From positions 1,470,001-1,502,000 of the forward strand of contig CP149973.1 of assembly GCA_029269845.2 (NCBI GenBank): 32,000 nucleotides of DNA. Reading direction: 5' to 3'. The number at the start of each line of letters is the position of its first letter. The stretch's first letter is position 1. The DNA comes from Opitutia bacterium KCR 482 (GTDB taxonomy: Bacteria; Verrucomicrobiota; Verrucomicrobiia; Opitutales; Intestinicryptomonadaceae). Below the pieces are notes generated by a model. It did no database searches and had not been told where the DNA came from. It saw only the letters and a list, made by a program, of their open reading frames with translations. This document shows, in pieces, positions 8,183 through 16,917 of the stretch. The position numbers and the translations under genes are program-made.

Positions 8183-10090
8183 ATGCAATCTCAATTAAGT
8201 TTGGTTTTGTTCCTGCCGCTTTTGTCGGCGGCGGTAATCGCGCTGTTTTTGCGCAGGAGCAAGTGGGGCGGCGCGGCGGTCTCGGTGCTGTCGGCGGCGG
8301 TCGCGCTTGGGGCGGTTCTCTCGGCGGAATTTGCGTCGGGGGCGGATTCGCTTTTCAAAAGCTCCGCATGTCTCTTCGAACTCGGCTCGCTCAACTTCGA
8401 CTTCGGCTTCCTCTTCGACGGGCTTACGCGGAACATGCTGTTTGTGGTCTGCTTTGTGGGCTTTCTAATCCACGTTTTCAGCGTGGGATACATGGACGAC
8501 GACAAGGCGAAGTCGCGCTTCTTTGCGGGCTTGAGCTTCTTCATGTTCTCGATGACGGGGATTGTGCTGGCGTCGAACCTGTTTATGATGTTCGTGTTCT
8601 GGGAACTGGTGGGGTTCAGCTCGTACGCGCTGATTGCCCACTATGCCGACACCGATGCCGCCCGCGAGGCTTCCAAAAAGGCGTTCATAGTAAACAGAGT
8701 GGGCGACTTCGGCTTTTTGCTCGGCATAATTTTCTGTCAGGCGTCTCTCGGCACGACCGACTTCTGCGGGCTTGCCGAAATTTTCAGGGCGACCCCCGAA
8801 AAGGCGTCCACCGCGATGGGGCTTCTGATTCTCTGCGGCTTCCTCGGAAAGAGCGCGCAGTTCCCCCTGCAAGTTTGGCTTGCCGACGCAATGGCGGGGC
8901 CGACTCCCGTTTCGGCCCTTATCCACGCCGCGACGATGGTTGCCGCGGGCGTGTTCATGATGGTTCGCCTTTCGACAATCGGCTTCCTCACCCCCGAAGT
9001 GCTCGACGTCGCGACGATTCTTTGCGCGTTGATGGCGTTCTTCGCCGGTCTTTGGGCTTTGGGGCAAAACGACATCAAGAAAATCTTGGCGTACTCCACT
9101 CTGGCTCACTTGGGCTTGATGGGCGTAGGCGTCGGCTTGGGCTACGAGCTTGCAATGTACCACCTCACGACCCACGCGTTCTTCAAGGCTGCACTCTTCC
9201 TTGTGGCGGGCTCGATAATCCACGCGTGCCGCCACGAGCAGGATATCTTCAAAATGGGCGGGCTTTTCAAAAAGATGCCCGCAACCTCGATTGTCGCGCT
9301 GATTGCAACGCTCTCGATTATCGCGATTCCGTATTTTTCGGGCTATTACAGCAAAGAGGCGATTCTCACCGCAGCCTACGGACGTTCGGTTGAGGGCGTC
9401 CTCTTCGACAAAATCGTTTTCTGGCTCGTCGCGGGAGCGGCGGTGCTTACGCCTATTTACATGGGCAGGCTTTTCTTCAACGTCTTCTGCGGGAAACCGC
9501 ACTCGGAAAAGGCGGAACACGCGCGGGAAAGCTCTATGTTCATGGTTCTGCCGCTCGTGGTGCTCGCGCTCTATTCGCTCGCGGGGGCTTGGAGCTTTGC
9601 GTACGGAATAGTCTGGGCGGACGGAAAAATGAACGCGCTCATTCCCGCTTCGGCGACGTCGTTCATCTCGTCGGTTTGGGAAATCCACCGCTCGGCTCTG
9701 GCGAAAATTCCCGACGTCCACACGCTCGAAAACGCTGCGCTTATCGCAACTCTCGTCGGAATCGCTTTCGCGTACGTCGTCTACGGACGCTCGCGCGGCT
9801 ACGACCTTGTGGAAAAACGCCTGCCGCGCCTCTACAAAGCCCTCAACAAACACGGTTGGTTCGACGACGTTTACAACTACTATGTGGCGAAAGTCCAACA
9901 GCGCGTCGCGATTTTCCTTGCGACTTTCGTCGATTTGCTGCTTGTCGAGCTTCTGCTTGTCCGCGGAACGGGCATTGTCTGCGCCGTGATAGGGCAGGGC
10001 TTCAAACGGCTTCACGACGCTTCGGCGAACTCGCAGGTCAAGTGGCTTGTGGCGGGGTTCGTCTTATTGTTCGTCATAATTTATGCGTAG
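8183..10090 (+). CDS. nuoL: NADH-quinone oxidoreductase subunit L (ND5 homolog, antiporter-like)
   Basis: 635 aa. WELVGFSSYALI, GKSAQFPLQVWLADAMAGPTPVSALIHAATMV and a C-terminal lateral-helix region are NuoL features. Confidence 0.95.
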   Translation: MQSQLSLVLFLPLLSAAVIALFLRRSKWGGAAVSVLSAAVALGAVLSAEFASGADSLFKSSACLFELGSLNFDFGFLFDGLTRNMLFVVCFVGFLIHVFSVGYMDDDKAKSRFFAGLSFFMFSMTGIVLASNLFMMFVFWELVGFSSYALIAHYADTDAAREASKKAFIVNRVGDFGFLLGIIFCQASLGTTDFCGLAEIFRATPEKASTAMGLLILCGFLGKSAQFPLQVWLADAMAGPTPVSALIHAATMVAAGVFMMVRLSTIGFLTPEVLDVATILCALMAFFAGLWALGQNDIKKILAYSTLAHLGLMGVGVGLGYELAMYHLTTHAFFKAALFLVAGSIIHACRHEQDIFKMGGLFKKMPATSIVALIATLSIIAIPYFSGYYSKEAILTAAYGRSVEGVLFDKIVFWLVAGAAVLTPIYMGRLFFNVFCGKPHSEKAEHARESSMFMVLPLVVLALYSLAGAWSFAYGIVWADGKMNALIPASATSFISSVWEIHRSALAKIPDVHTLENAALIATLVGIAFAYVVYGRSRGYDLVEKRLPRLYKALNKHGWFDDVYNYYVAKVQQRVAIFLATFVDLLLVELLLVRGTGIVCAVIGQGFKRLHDASANSQVKWLVAGFVLLFVIIYA

Positions 10091-10102
10091 GAGATTTCTA
10101 AG

Positions 10103-11611
10103 ATGGAAACAAACGATATTTGCAAAATTCTTCTGAACGCGGCGGTTTACGTTCCGCTTTTCTGCGCGCTTTGCACGGCGGTCTTTGCGCCGTTTTTCGG
10201 CAACAAAAGCTCGAAGGCGTTGGCGGTGTTCTCTTCGGGGGTGTCGCTCTTCGCCGCCGCAGTCCTGTGGGCGGTCTACGCAAAGGACTTTGCCGACTCG
10301 GCGGGCTTCGCGTTTGCGACCGCTCCCGAATTTTTCGGAATCGCGCTTCCCGCGCTTGCCCTGAACGCGGTTTCCGCGCCGATGTTCGCGCTCGCGGCGA
10401 TTGTGGGCTTTGCGGCGGCTCTCTGGGCGGCGAAGTCTGAAATCGACAACGCGCGCCTCTACTGCATGCTTCTTATGTTCATGCACGGCGGGCTAATGGG
10501 CGCGTTTGCGACAACCAACGTTCTCTGGCTCTACATGTTCCACGAATTCGCCCTTGTGCCGACGTTCATTGCAATCTCGCTCTGGGGCGGCGCGGGCAAA
10601 CGCATGTCGGCAATGGAGATGGCGATTTATCTGACGCTCGGCGCACTCGTGTCGCTGGTGGGCATAATCGCGCTGTACGTGCAGTCCGGGGCGGACAACT
10701 TCTCGCTGATTTCCATTGCGCTCGCCGTGGCGAAGTCGCCTCTGAACGCGCAGTGGCAGTACGTTGTTTTCGGACTGCTTATGTTCGGCTTGGGCACGCT
10801 TGTTTCGCTCTTCCCGTTCTACTCTTGGGCGCCGCGCACATACTCGGCGGCTCCGACCTCGTTTGCCATGCTCCATGCGGGCGTGCTTAAAAAATTCGGG
10901 CTTTATGTCCTGATTCAGGTTGCGCTGCCTTTCCTCTCGAACGGTTGTGCCGACTGGGCGAAGGCGATGGCGGTTCTCGCGCTCTTCAACGTAATCTACA
11001 TCGGACTCCTCACAATGGTGCAGCGCGACCTCAAAATGATGGTTTCGTATTCGAGCGTGGCGCACATGGGGCTGTGCTTTCTGGGCATCGCCTCGATGTC
11101 GGTTTTGGGCGTCGGCGGCACGGTTCTGCTGATGTTTGGGCACGGCGCGAGCGTCGCGCTGCTTTTCATGCTCTCGAACGCGGTCGTCAACCGCACGGGC
11201 GAGTGGGACATGTTCAAAATGGGCGGGCTTTACAAACAGACGCCGAACCTTGCGGCGTTCTTCCTTGCCGCGACCCTCGCAAGCTTGGGCTTGCCGATGT
11301 TCGCAAACTTCTGGGGCGAGCTTTCGATTCTTGCTTCGCTCTGGAATTTCTCGCCGACAATCTGCGCTCTCGCCGCAACGGGGCTTATCATTTCGGCGAT
11401 TTACGGGCTTCGCGCGTTCGCCAACGTCTTCATGGGCGAGCCGAAAGACGCAATTGCGCCGAAGTTTTCGCAGATTCCCGACTTGACGTTCGCGGAGAAG
11501 CTTCCCGCGGTAATCCTGCTTGCGGCGTTGCTGTTTGTGGGCTTCTGCCCGAAGGCGATTACGTCGGGGCTTAACGCGGATTTGTCGGCAATTCCAACTT
11601 TAACAAAGTAG
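10103..11611 (+). CDS. nuoM: NADH-quinone oxidoreductase subunit M (ND4 homolog)
   Basis: 502 aa, polytopic. HAGVLKKFGLYVLI and SYSSVAHMG are NuoM/ND4 motifs. Confidence 0.95.
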   Translation: METNDICKILLNAAVYVPLFCALCTAVFAPFFGNKSSKALAVFSSGVSLFAAAVLWAVYAKDFADSAGFAFATAPEFFGIALPALALNAVSAPMFALAAIVGFAAALWAAKSEIDNARLYCMLLMFMHGGLMGAFATTNVLWLYMFHEFALVPTFIAISLWGGAGKRMSAMEMAIYLTLGALVSLVGIIALYVQSGADNFSLISIALAVAKSPLNAQWQYVVFGLLMFGLGTLVSLFPFYSWAPRTYSAAPTSFAMLHAGVLKKFGLYVLIQVALPFLSNGCADWAKAMAVLALFNVIYIGLLTMVQRDLKMMVSYSSVAHMGLCFLGIASMSVLGVGGTVLLMFGHGASVALLFMLSNAVVNRTGEWDMFKMGGLYKQTPNLAAFFLAATLASLGLPMFANFWGELSILASLWNFSPTICALAATGLIISAIYGLRAFANVFMGEPKDAIAPKFSQIPDLTFAEKLPAVILLAALLFVGFCPKAITSGLNADLSAIPTLTK

Positions 11612-11617
11612 TTTTTT

Positions 11618-13060
11618 ATGGAAGGTATATCTTTTGAATGGGCGAGCGTCTCGACGGAGGCGACTCTTGCGGTTTTCGCCGCGTTGATTCTGTGCATGTC
11701 GGCGGTTGCCTCCGACAGGGGCGCGAAGTGGATTTCGCTGTTTGCGATGTTCGGCTTTGTGGCGGCTCTCGCCGTGGAGGTTTTCGCGCCGTTCGGGGCG
11801 TCGTCGTTCGGCGGCGCGTTGGGCGGCAAGTCGGTGTTCGGCGTGTTCGCGATTGCGTGCGCGCTGCTCTCGGCGTTGATGGGCTTCCAGTACTTCGCAA
11901 AAGGCGCGCGCGGCAGAAATGAGTTCTTCTCAATCCTCATGATTTGCGCGGCGGCTCTTATTCTCTTTGTGCGCTCGAACAACCTGATGTTCGCGTTCGT
12001 GTCGCTCGAATGCGCCACAATCTGCCTGTACATCATGGCGGCGTGGAGCAGGGACGTTCCCGCGAGCGTCGAGGCGGCGGCGAAATACCTCGTGATTGCG
12101 GGCGTCAGCGGCGCGATGTTCCTGCTGGGCATTGCGTTCGTCTACGGCGCGTCGCTTGCGGTCGGAAGAAACCTGCTTGTGTTCGAAAACTTCACCTTGG
12201 GGCTTGTCCACCCGATGTTCCTTACCGGCATAATTTTTGTGGCGGGCAGCGCGTTGTTCAAAGTGGCGGCGTTCCCGTTCCAGTTCTGGTCGCCCGACGT
12301 TTACCAAGGCTCGCCGACGCCCGTTTCGGCGTTTTTCGCGGTCGTTTCGAAAGCCGCGGGAATAGTGTTTGTCGGCAAAATCTGCATGTCGCTCGACTTC
12401 GCGTCGATTGGGCTTGCCGACCTCCAAAACAAGGCGGTCTTGGCGATGTCGATTGTCGCGGGGGCTACGATTGTCGTCGGCAATTTGGGCGGCATAACAC
12501 AGGTGAACGTCAAGAGGCTGACGGCGTTTTCGGGCATATCGAACGCGGGCTATATGCTCGTGCTCGTCTGCGCGGTTCTCAAATACGCGTCGCTTGCCGA
12601 CTTCTTTATGCCCGTCCTCTACTTCTATTTGGCGGCGTACATGTTCGCAAACTACGCGGTTTTCTTTGTCGTAAACGGCTTCGAGGGCTGCGACGACTCG
12701 GACCAGACTTTGGCGGACTACCGCGGACTCGCGCGGAAAAGCCCCGTCATGTCGGGCACGCTGATTGTAAACCTTTCGTCGCTTGCGGGCATTCCCCCGA
12801 CGGCGGGCTTCTTCGGCAAGGTGCTTGTAATCGTGACGGCGTGGAACGCGCAGCTCTACTGGCTTACGGGCATAATGATTGCGGGTTCGGTGGTTTCAAT
12901 CTACTACTACTTCGCGTGGCTTAGGTCGTCGCTCGATTCGGCGGACGGCGGAGAACGGAAGCTCGACGCAAACCCGCTCTTCTACCCCACAATGGTTGCG
13001 CTCTCCGTCGCGACCGTCGCTCTGGGACTCGGCGGCATTCTTTATTTCTACGGAATATAA
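11618..13060 (+). CDS. nuoN: NADH-quinone oxidoreductase subunit N (ND2 homolog)
   Basis: 480 aa, polytopic. FKVAAFPFQFWSPDVYQGSPTPVSAFFAV is the NuoN motif, and this is the last gene of the canonical order. Confidence 0.9.
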   Translation: MEGISFEWASVSTEATLAVFAALILCMSAVASDRGAKWISLFAMFGFVAALAVEVFAPFGASSFGGALGGKSVFGVFAIACALLSALMGFQYFAKGARGRNEFFSILMICAAALILFVRSNNLMFAFVSLECATICLYIMAAWSRDVPASVEAAAKYLVIAGVSGAMFLLGIAFVYGASLAVGRNLLVFENFTLGLVHPMFLTGIIFVAGSALFKVAAFPFQFWSPDVYQGSPTPVSAFFAVVSKAAGIVFVGKICMSLDFASIGLADLQNKAVLAMSIVAGATIVVGNLGGITQVNVKRLTAFSGISNAGYMLVLVCAVLKYASLADFFMPVLYFYLAAYMFANYAVFFVVNGFEGCDDSDQTLADYRGLARKSPVMSGTLIVNLSSLAGIPPTAGFFGKVLVIVTAWNAQLYWLTGIMIAGSVVSIYYYFAWLRSSLDSADGGERKLDANPLFYPTMVALSVATVALGLGGILYFYGI

Positions 13061-13105
13061 AATTGTTGCATCGGGCGGCTTCCGTCCTTAGAAACTTCGA
13101 TTCAA

Positions 13106-13474
13106 ATGAAAAAATTATACGCATTTTTTTTGCTCGCCGCACTTTTGACAGGCTGTAATTCCGAAGACAAGGAAATTTACAGCCGCCAAATCGACATCGT
13201 AAGCATTCCCGCGGGCGCGCCGATTGTAATCGACGGCCTGAAAATGGGAACCGCGCCGCTGAGCGTCGGCGTCGAAACGAACGAGGACGGCTACTTTGTC
13301 CGCAAAACCGTAATCACGGCGATTCCGCAGGAGGCTTCGCTCCACACGCAGGTTGTTTCGTTCCCCGCGTATCTGGCGTCGAACCCCGAAAAGAGCAAAG
13401 TGCCCGAAAAAATCACCTTCCACATGGGCGTCGCGCCTTCGCAGGGCGGCGGGGTGTCGTTCAACGACGAATAA
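13106..13474 (+). CDS. Small lipoprotein with a PEGA-like domain
   Basis: 122 aa. Signal peptide plus lipobox MKKLYAFFLLAALLTGC. SIPAGAPIVIDGLKMGTAPLSV matches the PEGA-domain consensus pattern. Starts 45 nt after nuoN with no terminator between. Confidence 0.7.
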   Translation: MKKLYAFFLLAALLTGCNSEDKEIYSRQIDIVSIPAGAPIVIDGLKMGTAPLSVGVETNEDGYFVRKTVITAIPQEASLHTQVVSFPAYLASNPEKSKVPEKITFHMGVAPSQGGGVSFNDE

Positions 13475-13495
13475 ACACAATTTACCGCAACACAA

Positions 13496-14863
13496 ATGTC
13501 ATCTCAAATCAAATACATTCTCGACGAGGAAAAAATCCCCTCAAACTGGTACAATATCGAAGCGGACTTGAAAGAGCACACGCCCCCGCCCATCGACCCG
13601 ACTACGGGCAAACCGATGGATCCCGCAAAGCTCGAAACAATCTTCGCAAAAGGCGTGCTCGAACAGGAAATGTCGCGCGAACGCTACATTCCGATTCCCG
13701 AACCCGTCCGCGAAATCCTCCGCCAATGGAGACCCTCGCCGCTCTACCGCGCGCGCAGACTCGAAAAAGCCCTTAAAACGCCCGCCCGCATTTACTATAA
13801 ATTCGAGGGCGTAAGCCCGTCCGGCTCGCACAAATCGAACAGCGCGCTCGCGCAGGTCTTCGAAAACAAAAGGTGCGGCACAAAATTCATCACGACCGAA
13901 ACCGGCGCGGGCCAGTGGGGCTCCGCGCTCTCGCAGGCGTGCCAGATTTTCGGACTCCATTGCAGAGTCTTCATGGTGAAGTGCTCGTTTATGCAAAAGC
14001 CCTACCGCAAGGCGGTTATGGAGCTTTTCGGCGGCGAGACAATTCCCTCTCCCAGCCCCTACACGGAAGCGGGTCGCGCCGTCTTGGCAAAAGACCCCGA
14101 TTGCAGCGGCTCGCTCGGCATAGCGATTTCGGAGGCGGTCGAAGAGGCGGTGAAAAACCCCGACACCAAGTACTGTCTCGGCTCGGTGCTTAACCACGTT
14201 CTGCTCCACCAGACGATTATCGGCGAGGAAGCCCTGCTCCAAATGGAAATGGCAAACGACTATCCCGACATGATTATCGGAGCGTGCGGCGGCGGCTCGA
14301 ACTTCGCGGGCATCGCGTTCCCGTTCATCGGCGAAATGCTCCGCGGCGGACGCAAGGTAGACGTGTTGGGCGTTGAGCCTTCCGCGTGCCCCAGCCTCAC
14401 AAAGGGCAAGTACGCCTACGACTTCGGCGACGTCGCGAAAATGACGCCTTTGATGAAAATGTACACGCTCGGCAGCTCGTTCATTCCCCCCGCAGTGCAC
14501 GCGGGCGGACTGCGCTACCACGGCATGGCTCCGCAAATCAGCAACATCGCAAAACAGGGGCTTATGCGGGCGAGAACCGTCCAGCAGCTCGACGTTTTCC
14601 GCGACGCCGTCGCATTCGCGCGTTCCGAGGGAATCATTCCCGCGCCCGAATCTTCGCACGCGATTTCCGCCGCCATGGACGAAGCCCGCAAGTGCGCGGA
14701 AACGGGCGAGGAAAAGTGCATACTTTTCAATCTGTCGGGACACGGACACCTCGATATGACCGCATACCTCGACTATTTTGCGGGAAAACTCCGCAACTAC
14801 GATTATCCCGAACAGGAAATCGCCATGGCGCTTTCGGGCTTGCCCGTCTGCAACGAAAAGTAG
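13496..14863 (+). CDS. trpB: TrpB-like PLP-dependent enzyme (tryptophan synthase beta chain, type 2)
   Basis: 455 aa. The long N-terminal extension ([12 protein letters not shown]) is typical of TrpB2. Has the PLP-lysine motif GSHKSNSA and the GGGSNFAG phosphate-binding loop. No other trp genes are adjacent. Confidence 0.85.
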   Translation: MSSQIKYILDEEKIPSNWYNIEADLKEHTPPPIDPTTGKPMDPAKLETIFAKGVLEQEMSRERYIPIPEPVREILRQWRPSPLYRARRLEKALKTPARIYYKFEGVSPSGSHKSNSALAQVFENKRCGTKFITTETGAGQWGSALSQACQIFGLHCRVFMVKCSFMQKPYRKAVMELFGGETIPSPSPYTEAGRAVLAKDPDCSGSLGIAISEAVEEAVKNPDTKYCLGSVLNHVLLHQTIIGEEALLQMEMANDYPDMIIGACGGGSNFAGIAFPFIGEMLRGGRKVDVLGVEPSACPSLTKGKYAYDFGDVAKMTPLMKMYTLGSSFIPPAVHAGGLRYHGMAPQISNIAKQGLMRARTVQQLDVFRDAVAFARSEGIIPAPESSHAISAAMDEARKCAETGEEKCILFNLSGHGHLDMTAYLDYFAGKLRNYDYPEQEIAMALSGLPVCNEK

Positions 14864-14914
14864 CGTTCCCCGACACAAGCGCAAGGCGCGACGCCTTGCG
14901 AAAAGTCGGAAAAC

Positions 14915-14957
14915 AAAACGGCGCGGAATTTTAAGTATTTTTTCGCGCCGTTTTTTT
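14915..14957. terminator. Intrinsic terminator ending the nuo/lipoprotein/trpB2 transcription unit
   Basis: AAAACGGCGCG (14915-14925) pairs perfectly with CGCGCCGTTTT (14944-14954) across an 18-nt loop and runs into a T7 tract. The flanking A-run and T-run make it potentially bidirectional. A separate perfect 9-bp hairpin CGCAAGGCG-cga-CGCCTTGCG sits at 14880-14900. Confidence 0.75.
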
Positions 14958-15167
14958 GTAATTAAATTGTTTTAACTAAGATGCGCCCCAAGTACCAGAA
15001 TTGTAGAAACTGGTATTTGGCTGGTATTTAGTTTTGAGGCGGGGTGCGCAGCTTGTTTGCTGTGACTTATTGCGCAGAATTGCTTTGCAATTTGGAGGGG
15101 CGTTTTGCTAATGTCGGTTTGAAAAATTCTTCGGCGCGTGTCGGAGCTTTTGGTGTCGAATAAAAAT

Positions 15168-16583
15168 ATGTCAATCTCGGCGAAATCGTTTTTTGTTGCG
15201 GTGCTGCTGCTTGCCGCGGGGCTTGCGGCGGCGGACGTTCCGTCTGCCCGCGAAATGTGCGGCGTCTTGGACTTCGACCGCGCGAATGTCGAAAGCATTA
15301 CTTCCGAAACCGTTGCCGAACTTTCCGCCCGCGCCCAAAAGCGCGACTACGACGCCCTCGTATCCCTCGGCGTCTGCCGCCTCCTCGGCTTGGGCACCCA
15401 AAAGGACGCCCGACGCGCCGCGGGCGATTTCCTTGCCGCCGCCTTCGCGGGAAATCCCTACGGAATGTTCGCCTATGCCGTTTGCATGTCGGAGGGCGAC
15501 GGCGTTCCGCAGTACGAAAAGGGGGCTGTCGATTTTTGGGAGCGGGCGGCGAAAAAGGGCTGTCCGAACGCGCTCAACAGGCTAGGCGTCTGCCATTTCA
15601 AGGGCGGCGCGGCGGATTTTGACCCCGCCAAGGCAGTCGAGCTGTTCAAAAAAGCGGCGGAGCTTGGCTCGAACAGGGCGAAGGTTTCGCTTGCGCGCGC
15701 GCACCTCGAAGGCGTGGGGGTGGAGAAAAATCCAGCGGAAGCCCGCAGGCTTTTGGAGGACGCCGCCCGCGCGGGAAATGTCGTGGCGCAGAACAACCTC
15801 GGCGTCTACTACATTGAGGGCATGGGCGGAAATGTGGACGAGTTCGCCGCGTTCCGCTGCTTCGAGCTTGCCGCCAAGAAAAAATATCCGCCAGCCATGC
15901 TTTTCTTGGGAATGGCGTATTTGCAGGGCGCGGGGGTCGCCGCCGACGGCGCGCGCGGCTTCGCCCTTGTGCGCGAGGCCGCAGAGCTTGGCAACGCCGA
16001 GGCTCAAAACAACCTCGCGGTCTGCTACGCAAACGGCTACGGCGTGCAGCCCAACGCGGCTTCGGCGTTCGACTGGTACAGGAAGTCCGCCGAAAACGGC
16101 TACGCCATTGCCCAGAACAACCTTGCCGACTGCTATTTCAACGGCGCGGGTTGCGGCGAAAACAAAGCCGAGGCAGTGAGATGGTACAGACGGGCGGCGT
16201 TTCAGGGCGACGTTTCGGCGCAGAGCAATTTGGGATACTGCTACCTTGAAGGAATCGGGATAGGCAAGAGCGCGGCGGACGCAATCAAATGGCTGAAAAA
16301 GGCGGCGGACGCAGGCGACGTATCGGCGCAGAGCAATTTGGGGACGTGCTATATCAACGCGGTCGGCGTCGAGCGCAATGTTTCGGAGGCTGTAAAATAT
16401 TTGAAGCTTGCCGCCGACAAGGGCGACGCGCAGGCGATGGGCAACTTGGGCGCGTGCTATTTCAACGGAATCGGCGTAGAAAAAAACACCCTAAAAGGCG
16501 CGGATTTACTGCGCCGCGCGGCGAAAGCCGGCAACGACGAAGCCCGCAAAGCCCTTTACAGAATAAGGGGATACGAGCATTGA
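15168..16583 (+). CDS. Secreted Sel1-like repeat (SLR/TPR-like) protein
   Basis: The ATG at 15168 gives the signal peptide MSISAKSFFVAVLLLAAGLAAADV; the track ORF begins at a GTG at 15138. There are about 10-11 tandem units of about 36 aa with the Sel1 pattern (A..WY.KAA.QG...AQ.NLG.CY..G.GV). Confidence 0.85.
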   Translation: MSISAKSFFVAVLLLAAGLAAADVPSAREMCGVLDFDRANVESITSETVAELSARAQKRDYDALVSLGVCRLLGLGTQKDARRAAGDFLAAAFAGNPYGMFAYAVCMSEGDGVPQYEKGAVDFWERAAKKGCPNALNRLGVCHFKGGAADFDPAKAVELFKKAAELGSNRAKVSLARAHLEGVGVEKNPAEARRLLEDAARAGNVVAQNNLGVYYIEGMGGNVDEFAAFRCFELAAKKKYPPAMLFLGMAYLQGAGVAADGARGFALVREAAELGNAEAQNNLAVCYANGYGVQPNAASAFDWYRKSAENGYAIAQNNLADCYFNGAGCGENKAEAVRWYRRAAFQGDVSAQSNLGYCYLEGIGIGKSAADAIKWLKKAADAGDVSAQSNLGTCYINAVGVERNVSEAVKYLKLAADKGDAQAMGNLGACYFNGIGVEKNTLKGADLLRRAAKAGNDEARKALYRIRGYEH

Positions 16584-16624
16584 CGCGGTTTTCCCCCCGC
16601 CGCCGTTTTCCTCCGCGTTTTTTC
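16583..16624 (+). terminator. Possible intrinsic terminator after the Sel1-repeat gene
   Basis: ACGCGG (16583-16588) pairs with CCGCGT (16613-16618) and is followed by a T-run. The loop is large (24 nt), so the call is weak. Confidence 0.35.
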
Positions 16625-16825
16625 TTGCCCCGCGCCGCGCCCATAACGCGCAGTTTTCAAGACGTGAATTTGGGAATTTTGACATGCAAAAAATTTCGAG
16701 CCTGAAAAAGCGATGCGCTTTTGTTTGGCGTTTTGTTTGTAAGTTATTTGTAAACATGCATTAGATGTGTGCCGATTCGGGCGGCATTGGCATACCCGAT
16801 TTTAAAAAGATACCTATAATCTTTT

Positions 16826-16854
16826 TTGACTTTTTGCGTCCCAAAAAGTACAAT
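16826..16854 (+). promoter_or_regulatory. Sigma70-like promoter for the glycoside hydrolase gene
   Basis: TTGACT (16826-16831), a 17-nt spacer, then TACAAT (16849-16854). It lies 64 nt upstream of the ATG at 16918. The leader contains the hairpin GCACC-gaaatgaga-GGTGC. Confidence 0.5.
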
Positions 16855-16917
16855 GACCTTATCAGCACCGAAATGAGAGGTGCGCAAAAATAATATGGGG
16901 TTGAGAAAAGGAATAAT

